A stretch of DNA of 64,000 bases, from NCBI GenBank assembly GCA_031426555.1, contig JANPLN010000066.1, positions 1 through 64,000 of the forward strand. The letters are read 5' to 3'. The position numbers were made by a program, and so were the translations under genes. Shown piece by piece: positions 9,144 through 20,496 of the stretch. Position 1 is the stretch's first letter, and every line of letters begins with the position of its first letter. Origin of the DNA: Bdellovibrionales bacterium. Lineage in GTDB: Bacteria; Bdellovibrionota; Bdellovibrionia; Bdellovibrionales; JAGQZY01. The notes beneath the pieces are model-generated. The model did no database searches. It saw nothing but the letters and a program-made list of their open reading frames with translations, and was not told the DNA's origin.

Positions 9144-10682
9144 CTACCAATCAATCGGAAAATAATCTTTCAGAAATTTGCCGCTCCAGTGGGTGCCAGT
9201 GAGGATGCCGTCGAAGAACGGATCGCAGACGCGGGCCGCGCCGTCGACGATGTCGAGCGGCGGTTGAAAGTCGTGCACCTGTGTCTTACGAGCTGCGAGC
9301 TGCGCAGGATCCTCGTCGGTCACCCAACCCGTATCCACCGCATTCATATAAATTCCATCTTTCGCCAGTTCGCTGGCGGAGGTGTGCGTGAGCATATTGA
9401 GGGCGGCCTTTGCCATATTCGTATGGGGATGGCGGTCCTCTTTGTGGAAGCGATAGAATTTTCCTTCCATAGCGGTCACGTTCACAACGTGCTTTTTACC
9501 AGTGTTGTCGCGTCTCATTAACGGCAACAATCGACTGCACAACACAAACGGTGCCACCGCATTCACCAGCTGCACCTCGAGCATCTCAGGAGTGGGCACT
9601 TCGGCCAGTCGATACCGCCAGCTATTGGTTTCACGCAAATCCACCTGTTGTAGATCCGCATCCAGTTCGCCTTTGGGAAAAACCTCTTCCACTTTTAGAG
9701 AATTATCGTAGGAGTACGGGATTTGCGAAAGTTTTGCCGAGGCTCGCAAGCCAATCCCCGGGCCATGGCCGTGCCACTGCACTGGAAGCTTGGAGTCCGA
9801 CTCATCACCACTGAGTTGATTGAGCTGCTCCTTGCAATTCTCATGATCCACCAGAAGCACTTTCACCTCTTTGGGTAATTCCGAAATGCTCAACAACTCG
9901 CGATCTATCATATGGGCATAAAATCCCGGAGGACGACGCACAGTTTGAGCGGCATTGTTAATAAGTATATCCAAACGCGGAAGACGCTGCTCCATGTAGC
10001 GAGAAAAAATCTCCACGCTGGGCGTGTGACGCAGATCCAAACCATGGATTTGCAAACGATCTTTCCAATCAGAAAAATCTTTTTCCTGGGAAAAGCGAAA
10101 CGCCGAATCACGCGGAAAGCGCGTAGTGGCAATCACCTGTGCCCCCGCTCGCAACATCATCAGTGTGACATGGTAACCGATCTTAAGTCTTGACCCTGTT
10201 ATTAAGGCCACCTGTCCGTCCAAAGACGCGGTTTGAAATCTTTTTTTGTAGTTAAAATCCCCGCACGCAGGACACATGGAATCATAAAAGTGATGGAGCG
10301 AAGTGTACTCCTCTTTACAAACGTAGCAATTTTGCGGACGTGTTGTGGTTTCGGAAAATTTATCGGCGGGACTGGGTAGATATTTGATCTCTTCGGGAGC
10401 AACAAAGATCTTGTTCAACCGCGCCTGACGAATTCCTGTCTGGGCTCGAGCCATTCGGTTCTTTTTTGATTCCCGCCGGCGCAGTTCGCGATCCAGCTCT
10501 AGATTGCGTTTTTTCATTTCGATCTTTGCCGGTCGCGAAAGGAGCCCCGCCGCACGCATCAAATTGATATGAGCCTCGGGGCCGATATCGTGCAACTGAG
10601 TGCTATTGCGCGAAAAGTGCTCTAAAACTTCAACACATTTTTGCACATCGTTTAAATCGAATTTCGGTTTCTCAATATCCAC
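9144..10682 (-). CDS. Extended SDR oxidoreductase with N-terminal CxxC..CxxC region
   Basis: [33 protein letters not shown] pairs. Confidence 0.85.
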   Translation of the reverse strand: MDIEKPKFDLNDVQKCVEVLEHFSRNSTQLHDIGPEAHINLMRAAGLLSRPAKIEMKKRNLELDRELRRRESKKNRMARAQTGIRQARLNKIFVAPEEIKYLPSPADKFSETTTRPQNCYVCKEEYTSLHHFYDSMCPACGDFNYKKRFQTASLDGQVALITGSRLKIGYHVTLMMLRAGAQVIATTRFPRDSAFRFSQEKDFSDWKDRLQIHGLDLRHTPSVEIFSRYMEQRLPRLDILINNAAQTVRRPPGFYAHMIDRELLSISELPKEVKVLLVDHENCKEQLNQLSGDESDSKLPVQWHGHGPGIGLRASAKLSQIPYSYDNSLKVEEVFPKGELDADLQQVDLRETNSWRYRLAEVPTPEMLEVQLVNAVAPFVLCSRLLPLMRRDNTGKKHVVNVTAMEGKFYRFHKEDRHPHTNMAKAALNMLTHTSASELAKDGIYMNAVDTGWVTDEDPAQLAARKTQVHDFQPPLDIVDGAARVCDPFFDGILTGTHWSGKFLKDYFPIDW

Positions 10683-10703
10683 AATCAGCCCTTCAGCGCC
10701 ACT

Positions 10704-11534
10704 CTAATAAAGCATTTTTAAACAAAAAATAGACCCGCCAGATTTTAAATACTCAGAGGTATCAATGGTTACAATCTTAAAACCATTGTCCTTAAGTAGT
10801 TTCTGGGTTTCTAACGCCTTAGATTCCACAATCACCGTTTGTCCATCTAGCGAACAGGCGTTGGCCGCCAAAAAATGAAAGGCCTCTGCCAACGGAACTC
10901 GAAGCAGATTTTTAAATTTCATTTTTAGCTTATCCATAGACTCATTGGAAAAAGCTTCCGTCACTACAAGGACTGAGTCGCGATTCAAAATACTGAGGGC
11001 GGTGTCTAGGTGATAAAACTTTTCGCTGATCAATTTGAGTTTGATAATAGGTGTTTTCGAAATGTCAGAAAGCCAATCGTAGACGGCTTCGTCAGTTCGA
11101 AAACCATAACCACCAAAAATCTCGTTGCTTTCGTAATTCCAAAGGGCATCGCCCATACTTTCGAAAGTTAAACCCGGGGGAGCCTCGTAGATTTCGATGT
11201 TGTCGTCTAAATACTGCTGCTTAAAGTGCAAAACTTCTTGCTGCCGAAACGGTGATTTCATACGACTCATTGCAAACTGCAACCGCCCGTGATTGTAAAA
11301 TGGAAAACTTTGATTGGCCGCAAAAACCATATCGGGAAGGCCCGCGACTCCGTCCACCACTCGAACGGATAACCCATGGGATTCAAAAGCCTCACGCAGC
11401 GACTGCCACTGCTTGTGAGCCTTCTCGTGATCCACTTTCTGCAGTTTACCTGAAGGATCGAGCATATGGGGATTGATGGCGTATTCGACATCAAAATACT
11501 TGGGCGATACCATTAAAACGTTTTTAGGCCACAT
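10704..11534 (-). CDS. Amidinotransferase / dimethylarginine dimethylaminohydrolase family protein
   Basis: YAINPHM, LPDMVFAAN, FYHLDT, terminal SGGSIFC catalytic Cys; start uncertain (up to 11582). Confidence 0.88.
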   Translation of the reverse strand: MWPKNVLMVSPKYFDVEYAINPHMLDPSGKLQKVDHEKAHKQWQSLREAFESHGLSVRVVDGVAGLPDMVFAANQSFPFYNHGRLQFAMSRMKSPFRQQEVLHFKQQYLDDNIEIYEAPPGLTFESMGDALWNYESNEIFGGYGFRTDEAVYDWLSDISKTPIIKLKLISEKFYHLDTALSILNRDSVLVVTEAFSNESMDKLKMKFKNLLRVPLAEAFHFLAANACSLDGQTVIVESKALETQKLLKDNGFKIVTIDTSEYLKSGGSIFCLKMLY

Positions 11535-11640
11535 GGAGAACTCCGTAATCCGCAAAGTAGTCAGCTTTTTAACATTTTTCAAGTCAGTCGATGGTTATAG
11601 ATTATTTGCGCCTGCGTAAATTTTAAGCTAAGAATCCTGA

Positions 11641-12774
11641 GTGCCAATGCTTTTTTTCACCTTACTGCTCTATTTCATGAATGTTCCAAAGGTTTTCGCG
11701 GATCGCCCCTCCCACCACTCCCCCCAGGAGTTGGCGAAATGGGGTTTTAAAAAATTTGTACCCCCACCCTCTTTTTCGTCTCTCGCACTGGGCCCCGCCA
11801 TCCTTCCCCAAAATCTCCCATTGCCCCTGGAACTCAAATTCTCCTCCGAGCAGTTTGGAGCCGTGATCAATCAGTTTCAGGATTGGACATCGCCAGCCTA
11901 TTTCCACGCGGGAATCGATATCCGTGGCGATGAACATCAAGATGTTATCGCTCCGGTTTCGGGAAAACTGGAAGGTGGGTTTTACTCATACGTTGACGAA
12001 GTGGATGGGCGTTCGACAAAATATTTTCTACCTTTGCGGGACGTGCTCGACGAAAAAGCCGAACCTCCTTGGGGTAAATCCTACTTCGAAGTTGCCATCA
12101 CCGATCGCAACGGCTTTCGTTTCGAATTCCATCATATCGATCCAGATCTACTCACGGAGAGTATTAAGAAACGCATTTTAGAAAACAGCTTCGTAGCTGC
12201 TGGCGAAGTGCTCGGCCAATTGGTGGTGTGGAGTCGTTACTTGCTCGGCGTTCGCTTTCATCATCTTCATTACAACGTTGTGAGCCCCGATGGTATTTAC
12301 CTAAATCCCTTTGCAGTTTCAGCTCCTGTCAGTGACTCCATCGCTCCGCAAATTGTGGATCTGTATTCGCCGATTCTTCCCGGGCGCTGTGGATCTGGTT
12401 TTCCACGCTTGGATCCCGAGAATGATCTCTCGAAACTTGTAAACAAAGGCTATCTGGTTGTCGAAGCCTTCGATCAAATTTTTGGCGGCAACGAGAGATT
12501 GGCGCCGGCGAAGCTTCAAGCCGATTTTACAGCATCCGATTCCTTTGGCTGGGACTTTACGCAAACTCTGGAATTGCCAAACGGTCAGCGACCCAACATT
12601 TCCAAAATGCACTTGTATTATCTGTGCACTGATAAAGGATATTTGCAGCCCGCCACTCGCAGCAATCATTTTTACTACATCATTCCCCTGCCCGCGGGCT
12701 ACTCAGGCAAAGTCAAAATCACCGTCACTGATCAAGTTGGAAACTCCACGTCTAAAACCGCCAACGTGCTTTAA
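11641..12774 (+). CDS. Secreted M23-like metallopeptidase
   Basis: HAGID (HxxxD) and HLH zinc motifs, VAAGEVLG; signal peptide. Confidence 0.7.
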   Translation: MPMLFFTLLLYFMNVPKVFADRPSHHSPQELAKWGFKKFVPPPSFSSLALGPAILPQNLPLPLELKFSSEQFGAVINQFQDWTSPAYFHAGIDIRGDEHQDVIAPVSGKLEGGFYSYVDEVDGRSTKYFLPLRDVLDEKAEPPWGKSYFEVAITDRNGFRFEFHHIDPDLLTESIKKRILENSFVAAGEVLGQLVVWSRYLLGVRFHHLHYNVVSPDGIYLNPFAVSAPVSDSIAPQIVDLYSPILPGRCGSGFPRLDPENDLSKLVNKGYLVVEAFDQIFGGNERLAPAKLQADFTASDSFGWDFTQTLELPNGQRPNISKMHLYYLCTDKGYLQPATRSNHFYYIIPLPAGYSGKVKITVTDQVGNSTSKTANVL

Positions 12775-12928
12775 ATTTGAACTTTCAGATTCAACCCCAA
12801 GCCATTTAAATTACTGATGAATATATAAAAGTAGAAATTTTAACAGAGACCACCAATCCGCCTAGCAATTGATGCGAGAATCGGATAAAACTACGCCTTT
12901 AAAATCTAATTCAATTTGAGGAGGACGG

Positions 12929-14776
12929 ATGACTGTCCAAGTCCCATCAGCGGTTCGCAGTACCCACGTGAAAAATTGGGTGCAAGACATGGTCGAAATG
13001 TGTGAGCCACAAGCTGTTTACTGGTGTGACGGCAGCGAAGCCGAGTACAACCGCCTCTGCGCACAAATGTGCGAAACCGGAACTCTCCGCAAACTCAACG
13101 AATCTCTGCGTCCCAACAGTTACCTCGCTCTTTCCGATCCCGGCGATGTGGCCCGTGTCGAGGAGCGCACCTTCGTTTGTACCGAACGCAAAGAAGACGC
13201 TGGCCCCAACAACAATTGGCTGGCTCCGCAAGAAATGAAGTCCAATCTCAAAAAACTTTTTAAAGGCTGCATGCGTGGGCGCACCATGTACGTCATTCCT
13301 TTTTCCATGGGCCCCTTGGGCTCACCCATTGCCCAAATTGGCGTAGAAATTTCGGATTCTCCCTACGTTGTCACCAACATGAAAATCATGACTCGCATGG
13401 GAGAAAAAGTTTGGAATGTTCTTGGCGAAAAAGATTTCGTTCGCTGTTTGCACAGCGTGGGTAAGCCCCTTGAGCCAGGTCAACCGGATGTGGCGTGGCC
13501 TTGCAATCCCGAAAAATTTATTTCGCACTTTCCCGAAGAGAATACAGTTTGGTCCTTTGGGAGTGGTTACGGGGGCAACGCTCTTTTAGGCAAAAAATGT
13601 TTTGCTCTCCGACTGGCCTCGAGCATGGGAAAAAAAGAGGGTTGGCTTGCCGAGCACATGTTAATCATTGGTGTTGAGCAACCGAATGGAAAAAAACATT
13701 ACGTCAGCGCCGCCTTCCCCAGCGCCTGCGGAAAAACAAATTTTGCGATGATGCGTCCTCCTGCCGCAATGGATGGCTGGAAAATCACCACCATCGGCGA
13801 TGATATTGCGTGGTTAAAACTCGCAAGCGACGGGCGTTTGTATGCCATCAATCCCGAAGCGGGACTCTTTGGTGTGGCACCAGGCACCTCTGCCGCAACA
13901 AATCCAAACGCCATGCTTTCCATTCAAAAAAATACCATCTTTACCAACGTCGCACTCACTGCCGAGGGCGATGTGTGGTGGGAAGGTATGACCGACGTTG
14001 CTCCTGAAGGTATCACCGACTGGAAAGGAAAACCGTGGACACCCGGCGCGGGGCACACCGCGGCCCATCCCAATGCGCGCTTTACCGCCCCCGCAAACCA
14101 AGTTCCATGTTTGGATTCCAACTGGGAAAATCCCGAAGGCGTTCCCATTTCTGCATTTATCTTTGGCGGACGACGCCCCACCACAATTCCTCTTGTTTAT
14201 GAGGCTTTCGATTGGGAGCACGGAGTTTATATGGCGGCCACGCTTGGCTCCGAAACTACCGCTGCAGCTGTTGGCAATGTAGGAATGGTCCGACGAGATC
14301 CTTTCGCGATGTTACCTTTTTGTGGTTATCACATGGGTGACTATTTTCAACATTGGCTCAACATGGGCAAAAAGCTCACTAATCCACCAAAAATGTACAG
14401 CGTAAATTGGTTTCGAAAAGATGCTGACGGAAAATTTATGTGGCCAGGTTTTGGCGAAAACATTCGCGTGCTTGCCTGGATGATAGGAAGATCCGAAGAA
14501 ACCGCCCATGCCGTGGAAACACCTATCGGCTGGATGCCGTCGTATCAGGATCTTCCACTGGAAGGTTTAACCAGCATCGACAAATATAAGTTTTCCGAAG
14601 CCATGAGCTTGCAGCGTGACAAGTGGAAGGAAGAGATCCTCTCCCACACATCTTTATTTGAAAAACTGCAAACCCAGTTGCCACCCGAAATTCTTGGCGT
14701 TCAGGAAAAACTTCTGCGCCGTTTCGACTTCCAGCCCGAAAAGGAATTGGTAACCGAAAGCCCTGCAATTAACTAA
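12929..14776 (+). CDS. pckG: Phosphoenolpyruvate carboxykinase (GTP)
   Basis: [44 protein letters not shown]. Confidence 0.97.
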   Translation: MTVQVPSAVRSTHVKNWVQDMVEMCEPQAVYWCDGSEAEYNRLCAQMCETGTLRKLNESLRPNSYLALSDPGDVARVEERTFVCTERKEDAGPNNNWLAPQEMKSNLKKLFKGCMRGRTMYVIPFSMGPLGSPIAQIGVEISDSPYVVTNMKIMTRMGEKVWNVLGEKDFVRCLHSVGKPLEPGQPDVAWPCNPEKFISHFPEENTVWSFGSGYGGNALLGKKCFALRLASSMGKKEGWLAEHMLIIGVEQPNGKKHYVSAAFPSACGKTNFAMMRPPAAMDGWKITTIGDDIAWLKLASDGRLYAINPEAGLFGVAPGTSAATNPNAMLSIQKNTIFTNVALTAEGDVWWEGMTDVAPEGITDWKGKPWTPGAGHTAAHPNARFTAPANQVPCLDSNWENPEGVPISAFIFGGRRPTTIPLVYEAFDWEHGVYMAATLGSETTAAAVGNVGMVRRDPFAMLPFCGYHMGDYFQHWLNMGKKLTNPPKMYSVNWFRKDADGKFMWPGFGENIRVLAWMIGRSEETAHAVETPIGWMPSYQDLPLEGLTSIDKYKFSEAMSLQRDKWKEEILSHTSLFEKLQTQLPPEILGVQEKLLRRFDFQPEKELVTESPAIN

Positions 14777-14886
14777 AGTTTGGCAGGGTACGTCAGTTTG
14801 CAAAGCTGTATTAAACTGAGACAACGTCACAGTAGCCATATCTGCAAAACATAATTTACACTATACTATCTAGATACGGGGGATTT

Positions 14887-15666
14887 GTGCGTTGGCTTAT
14901 TTTTATACCAGTAATGATCGTCTCCGCTATGCTTTACCAAAACTGTGGAGCCCCACCCTCAAGCCTCACTCCACTTTCAGAAATTAACGATCCAAATTCT
15001 TTACCGCCCAACAGTTCGCCCACAATCGCAACCATCGAACCCTACGGAAAAGTCTATTATTTTCTCGGCGGAACCAAAGGTGTGATCGTATGTTTTCACG
15101 GTGCCGGCGGAAGTGCTGATGGTTGGACTAAAAATGAAAAACTAGCTTTCCTCGAAGACATGCGCAAAAACAATTACTCGTTTGTTTGCCCCACAAGTTT
15201 AAATCAAGTTGATGGACAGTGGGCCAACACAAATGGCGAAGATAATGTGGATGTTGTCAATGTTGATGCCCTACTCGCAAATTTACAGATATCTCCTCAA
15301 CAGCCACTGTTTTTGGCGGGACACTCAAACGGTGGCGGCTTTACAACACGGTTCGCGGCTTATTCTGAACGAAAAGCGCAGATCAAAGCGGTGAATCTTT
15401 CGAATGCTTCGGGAATTGTTCCTATTGTTACCAGTACACTGTACAACGTCCCCACGATCTTTAACTTTTCGACCTGCGACGCTTTAATCGATGAGGTCGA
15501 TGTTTTAAGAAATTCTAATGCATTAAATAACAAAACACCCTCGGTTCCAACCATCCTCAACGATGTCACTGCGAACTACAGCGGCGGAGACCCTAACTGC
15601 CACGAGTTCATTAATGTTTCTACCGTTGCTCAATCGATGTTTGATAGATTCGCCACAAAACAATGA
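14887..15666 (+). CDS. Alpha/beta hydrolase (esterase-like) lipoprotein
   Basis: FHGAGGS, GHSNGG nucleophile elbow; YQNC lipobox-like signal. Confidence 0.75.
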   Translation: MRWLIFIPVMIVSAMLYQNCGAPPSSLTPLSEINDPNSLPPNSSPTIATIEPYGKVYYFLGGTKGVIVCFHGAGGSADGWTKNEKLAFLEDMRKNNYSFVCPTSLNQVDGQWANTNGEDNVDVVNVDALLANLQISPQQPLFLAGHSNGGGFTTRFAAYSERKAQIKAVNLSNASGIVPIVTSTLYNVPTIFNFSTCDALIDEVDVLRNSNALNNKTPSVPTILNDVTANYSGGDPNCHEFINVSTVAQSMFDRFATKQ

Positions 15667-15683
15667 ACTACCTAGTAATCAAA

Positions 15684-18167
15684 CTAACCTTGAATGGCGC
15701 TAATAAATTCTTTTTTGCGCACTGGTTTTGTGATGAATTGATCCACACTAAACTGCTTAGCGCGAAGAGCCGTTTCTTCAGTGGAATCGGCACTCAAAAT
15801 AATAATTCGATGGGGTTTGTGGGCGGCTTCTAGTTTTGATAACATAGTAAATCCATCCATTTCAGGCATTTGTAAATCTGTGACCATCACATCATATTTT
15901 TTGGTTTCTAAAAAGTCTTGTAGTGCAGAAAGCCCATTGTGAGCGTAATCCACTGTCCACGTATTTTGATTGGCCAAATAAGCCTGAAAAAGGATTCTGT
16001 TTGAAGCATCATCTTCCACAATCAATACGGAAAGCGGTTGTTCGAACACAGGTTCGCTCGCAATAGGTCTGTCAAGCTCCGTCTGCCCCATGTTTAATCG
16101 CTGGCCCGCAAACATCTCAAGCATTTTATGTGGTAAAAATAATCGATGTGGAACGGTTTCGCTCTTTTCGGTAAGAACGATTCCTCCAGATGATCTCACC
16201 GAATCAAAATCAAAAATTATCAATTTCTGGCGCACAATTCTATCGAGCTTTAGCAATATTTCACTATCAGCAAGTTCGCCGTCCACCAATACGAAGTCAT
16301 AAAGTGTTTGCGGTACAATGTCTGTGGCTCTCTTCAGGAAATCAATATTCAACATTAACTCACGATCGTAAGCCTGCATGACTGAAATTGCTTTTTCGTC
16401 GAGGCTCAAAAAAAGAATTTTAGGTTTCACTACCGCCGTCCTTCTTAGATATTCGTCGGTCCAGCTTTCACTCGGAATATCGCGTAAAGGGATGGTCACT
16501 TGAAACTGCGAACCCTCACCAAGCTTGGAATAAACTTGGACATCACCATCAAGTCTTTTAACTATAGACGCCACAATCGACAAACCCAAGCCAACACCCT
16601 TACTTAAGTTTGAGCCTTTTTGATCTACTTGAAAAAAGGATTTAAAAATATGGTCTAAGTTATCCCCAGCGATTCCTATCCCCGTGTCCGAAACTAAAAT
16701 TCTCAGGGTTCGAACGCTATCTCCGTGATCCACAACATCAACTTCAAGCTCGACCCTTCCGCGCTCGGTGTACTTCACAGCATTCATTAACAAATTGATT
16801 AAAATCTGCTTGAGGCGGGCCTGATCAATCAGTAGCTTCTTAGGGACCTTCGACGAAATCTTACAATAAAGTTTCAGTTTTTTATTAATAGCAACTTCGT
16901 TAATTGCCAAGCAAGATTCTGCAATGACGTCCAACAAATCCACCTGAGTAGGCTTGAAAATAACCTCCTTAAGATCTATTCGCGTCATATCAAGAATATC
17001 ATTGAGGAGACTTAAAAGATGTCGGCCCGATGTACGGATGGACTGCAGAAAGTGGGTTTGAGTTTGCGTCAAGGTTGTTTCTTCTAAAAGATCGGTCATT
17101 CCAAGCACGATATTTAGGGGTGTGCGAATTTCATGACTTATACTTGCCAAAAATCGACTTTTAGCAACCGTTGCCTGCATCGAACGTTCGGTTTCTATGG
17201 TTAATTCTTTGGTCCGCGAATTCACAATCTCCTGAATCCGAAAGTTTCTGTCCATCAAGAAAAAAATTAAAAACGAAACAAACAAAATCATGGCGCTGAT
17301 AAAAAATAATAAAATGGCGCGGTCGATATCGATCACATTTTTCACTCGTGGGGTGTAGACTGAAATCGCGAAGTTATTTTTTGGTGAAAATTGCGTCTCG
17401 TAATCAAGTCTGAGGTAGTTTGATCCCAAAGTATGAATTCTTCGCGACTGCTCAAAGGAAGTTATCTTTTGGATTTGCACATTTTTATCACTTTTCTCAA
17501 TCAACCAAAAGGTTTTATCCAGCTGCTGTCGGATCGTGATGGTGAAAGAACTTTGCTTCGGCAGTGCTTCTTCAAACAGATCTTGAGCGATGCCTGACAC
17601 AACATAAAAATAGTTTTTATCTTCTTTGGAACGATTAATAATCACATAAATGATTTGATCTTCAAACTGAACGAAAAATTGCTTTTGCCGGTTGCCATCG
17701 CGAATCATTTCACTGATCGCTTTTCGGGCGGCTTCGGTTCTTACATTTTGCGTGGGAACCGTGGGGATGGTTTTTTTGTTTGCCGATACAAGTCTGAAAA
17801 TTCGCTTTACATTGAGAGTTTCAAAAGTAGGGCTGGTCATCTGCGGCGCTTCGTTTTTTAGAACAGAAAAAGAGCCAAAGATCGTATTTTCAAAGATAGT
17901 TTGAATAACCTGCTGATTGAAGCCCTGTCGGATTTTTTTTATTTCTAAAAAATCCTCCAGATTCTGAGTTTTTAAAACATAGTTCGCCATTATGAGGTCG
18001 AGGTTCATAGCGATACTTTTTGACTCAATCTGCATTTGGTATTCTACCTGTCGAGTTTCCACGCTCTGCGTGTAACGAAACAGTAAGAAAATAAATAGCG
18101 AACCTAGTCCCAAAATAAGACCAGAGTAGAAAAATCGGTTTTTGTATAAACCCAACACCCGCTTCAT
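15684..18167 (-). CDS. Hybrid sensor histidine kinase/response regulator
   Basis: Two TM helices, FLASISHEIRTPLN H-box, NAVKYT, DTGIG, GVGLGL, C-terminal receiver DLQMPEMDG; start uncertain (ORF to 18329). Confidence 0.92.
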   Translation of the reverse strand: MKRVLGLYKNRFFYSGLILGLGSLFIFLLFRYTQSVETRQVEYQMQIESKSIAMNLDLIMANYVLKTQNLEDFLEIKKIRQGFNQQVIQTIFENTIFGSFSVLKNEAPQMTSPTFETLNVKRIFRLVSANKKTIPTVPTQNVRTEAARKAISEMIRDGNRQKQFFVQFEDQIIYVIINRSKEDKNYFYVVSGIAQDLFEEALPKQSSFTITIRQQLDKTFWLIEKSDKNVQIQKITSFEQSRRIHTLGSNYLRLDYETQFSPKNNFAISVYTPRVKNVIDIDRAILLFFISAMILFVSFLIFFLMDRNFRIQEIVNSRTKELTIETERSMQATVAKSRFLASISHEIRTPLNIVLGMTDLLEETTLTQTQTHFLQSIRTSGRHLLSLLNDILDMTRIDLKEVIFKPTQVDLLDVIAESCLAINEVAINKKLKLYCKISSKVPKKLLIDQARLKQILINLLMNAVKYTERGRVELEVDVVDHGDSVRTLRILVSDTGIGIAGDNLDHIFKSFFQVDQKGSNLSKGVGLGLSIVASIVKRLDGDVQVYSKLGEGSQFQVTIPLRDIPSESWTDEYLRRTAVVKPKILFLSLDEKAISVMQAYDRELMLNIDFLKRATDIVPQTLYDFVLVDGELADSEILLKLDRIVRQKLIIFDFDSVRSSGGIVLTEKSETVPHRLFLPHKMLEMFAGQRLNMGQTELDRPIASEPVFEQPLSVLIVEDDASNRILFQAYLANQNTWTVDYAHNGLSALQDFLETKKYDVMVTDLQMPEMDGFTMLSKLEAAHKPHRIIILSADSTEETALRAKQFSVDQFITKPVRKKEFISAIQG

Positions 18168-18284
18168 AGAACCCATCCCACAAATCGACATATAGCACTT
18201 TTTTTTAAAGGCTAATAGCCCATGTGAAGAAATCTTAATACCGCGAATGTTCCGCAAAGCGTATTTGTGCGTTATAAATGGGAA

Positions 18285-18686
18285 ATGGGCATTGATAATA
18301 AAACCGAAACGTTTCTCGAATTCTTCCAATCCGAATGTGTAAAAAACGAAACGCTGGATGAGCGTATTTTTTTAGACCTTTATTCAGAAGTGGGAGCCGG
18401 CGTTTTGGCAGACATTGTTGTCTCGTACAGCAAGACACTCGATGAGAGCTTCACTTCTCTTAGGACAACCTTGGAGTCTGCTGATGCCGAGACGTCGTAT
18501 CGCATTTGCCATAAACTGAAGGGCTCTTCAATGCTTTTAGGATTTTCGCACCTGGCTCAATCCTGCGAACAGGTTTGCTCGGATTTTAAAGGCAAAAAGG
18601 TCAACGATTGGTCCAACTCGTTAAAACTCATTATGGATGAAGTTGCGACAATTAAAGAAGCCATCATTGTGGCGCAAAATCCTTAG
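18285..18686 (+). CDS. Hpt (histidine phosphotransfer) protein
   Basis: HKLKGSSMLLG Hpt motif. Confidence 0.88.
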   Translation: MGIDNKTETFLEFFQSECVKNETLDERIFLDLYSEVGAGVLADIVVSYSKTLDESFTSLRTTLESADAETSYRICHKLKGSSMLLGFSHLAQSCEQVCSDFKGKKVNDWSNSLKLIMDEVATIKEAIIVAQNP

Positions 18687-18699
18687 TTATTTCGAATTT

Positions 18700-19386
18700 T
18701 TATAGAATTACAATTTTGTAGCCGACGCCAATCACGGTCTCGATCTTTACATTAGACGCCGAAATCTTTTTGCGAAGATGGCTTAAATGAGTGTCCACGG
18801 TGCGCTCTGTAATGTTCGTGTTAACGGGCCAAACGGCATCGATGATCTGCACTCGCGTGAGTATAAATCCCGGTTTGGCTGAGAGCGTGCAAAATATTTT
18901 GAATTCGATGGGAGTAATGTCGCTAATTTCTTGGTTGGTCTCTCTGATAGCTAGATTCATTCGATTGGTATTGACTTGAATATTCCCAACCAAAAAATCT
19001 CCCGCACCCTGACTTTTATTTTTCTTTAATTTGGCTTCAACGCGAGCACGGAACTCTTTTGCACTGAACGGCTTGCAGATGTAATCATCCACGCCAAGGC
19101 CAAAAGCAGCTATTTTACTCATTTCCTGAGAATCCGAAGACACAATAAAAACTGGAATGCTTTGGCGAGATTTATTCATGAGGTTGAGTTCGGACAAAAA
19201 ATGAATGCCATTTCCATCCGGCAAGAAAATATCCAAAAGCAGAATATCATAATGATACTGGGGGTTTTGCAACAATACGCGGGCGTCAGAAATATTGTTG
19301 GCAAAATCAATACTCATCTCGCTCAAAGCAGAACGGATGAAATGTTGGTATTCTGGACTGTCTTCAATACAGATAATTCTATCCAC
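18700..19386 (-). CDS. OmpR/PhoB-family response regulator
   Basis: LLDIFLPDGNG receiver, DDYICKPF, RTVDTHLSHLRKK, TVIGVGY. Confidence 0.93.
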   Translation of the reverse strand: MDRIICIEDSPEYQHFIRSALSEMSIDFANNISDARVLLQNPQYHYDILLLDIFLPDGNGIHFLSELNLMNKSRQSIPVFIVSSDSQEMSKIAAFGLGVDDYICKPFSAKEFRARVEAKLKKNKSQGAGDFLVGNIQVNTNRMNLAIRETNQEISDITPIEFKIFCTLSAKPGFILTRVQIIDAVWPVNTNITERTVDTHLSHLRKKISASNVKIETVIGVGYKIVIL

Positions 19387-19489
19387 AAAGTTATTTATAA
19401 TGCGCCTTTAAGAAATCTTCAATGCATTTTAAAACTCTCATAACAGTAATGACCGACAATTACTTTAACTACTTCTAAGGAGGGACCCC

Positions 19490-19954
19490 ATGAACAATAA
19501 TGCAGTAAGTAATATCGATGATTTAACCATGAACTCATCACATCCAGGGCTACTAACCAGGGTTGCCGAGTATTATGTGTTAATTATGGAGGACGACATC
19601 ACCTTTAAACCGTTCTGGTATAAGGCGGTCGCCCAAGTATTACCAAATGCTCATATCGATTGGGTTGCCAGCGAAGAAGCCGCCGAGAGACGAGTAAAAA
19701 AAATGACTCTCGAGGGAAAGAAGTACGACATTATCGTCGCCGATATATTTCTTGCAGGACGTAAAACAGGAATTGATCTTTGGACTCGCTTTAGTGAAGT
19801 CGCAGATGAATTCCTTTTTGTCAGCAGTCTGAGCGAAGAAAAATTTAACAAATTGATTCAGGCGATTGAATTTAGTTATCCAGTTTATTTACAAAAGCCT
19901 CTGCGGCTCGCAGATTGCGTGGATATGCTTAAACAACTTGTCTTAAAAGGTTAA
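19490..19954 (+). CDS. Single-domain receiver protein
   Basis: MEDD, ADIFL..TG, QKP receiver residues; GGAGG RBS. Confidence 0.75.
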   Translation: MNNNAVSNIDDLTMNSSHPGLLTRVAEYYVLIMEDDITFKPFWYKAVAQVLPNAHIDWVASEEAAERRVKKMTLEGKKYDIIVADIFLAGRKTGIDLWTRFSEVADEFLFVSSLSEEKFNKLIQAIEFSYPVYLQKPLRLADCVDMLKQLVLKG

Positions 19955-19968
19955 ACACGGAGGTTAAT

Positions 19969-20268
19969 ATGACAAAAATTACGAGTCGAAAACTGACTTA
20001 CACAAAAATTGCACCGAAGTTGCTTAACATTTACATCGACACTCAAATCGAAGCGATTGCCAATTACTCCCCTGGGCCTTGCATCGTAGAATTTACGGTA
20101 CGAAAAATGACGGGCGAGTACATTTTGAGTCTGCGCTTCGAATGTGCTGAATTTTCGTTTTATTTGACTCATCAAAATTGGAGTCCATTTAAAGCCGTCG
20201 AATTGCTCACATTGAAAGTGAAAGAGCAGATGCTACAGAAATTCTACGAGCAGTACGCATACGCTTAG
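19969..20268 (+). CDS. Hypothetical protein
   Basis: 99-aa ORF with GGAGG RBS directly after receiver gene. Confidence 0.65.
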   Translation: MTKITSRKLTYTKIAPKLLNIYIDTQIEAIANYSPGPCIVEFTVRKMTGEYILSLRFECAEFSFYLTHQNWSPFKAVELLTLKVKEQMLQKFYEQYAYA

Positions 20269-20496
20269 TTAAAACTCGTCACTATCATACCGCCACCGCA
20301 GGCATTGAAGTCTCTATCCGCCGTGTAGGGTGAGACGATGCGGACACCCTCCCTCTGGCGACGCAGAACGCTCGAGATGCTCTCAATCTAAACAATCAAG
20401 AAAATTTTACAGTCGCGGTGGTGAACACGTCGCTCTTAGCTTATAAATATCTCTCAACAAATTCGAAGTTTTAACTCAGGCGAGACTCAAAGACGT

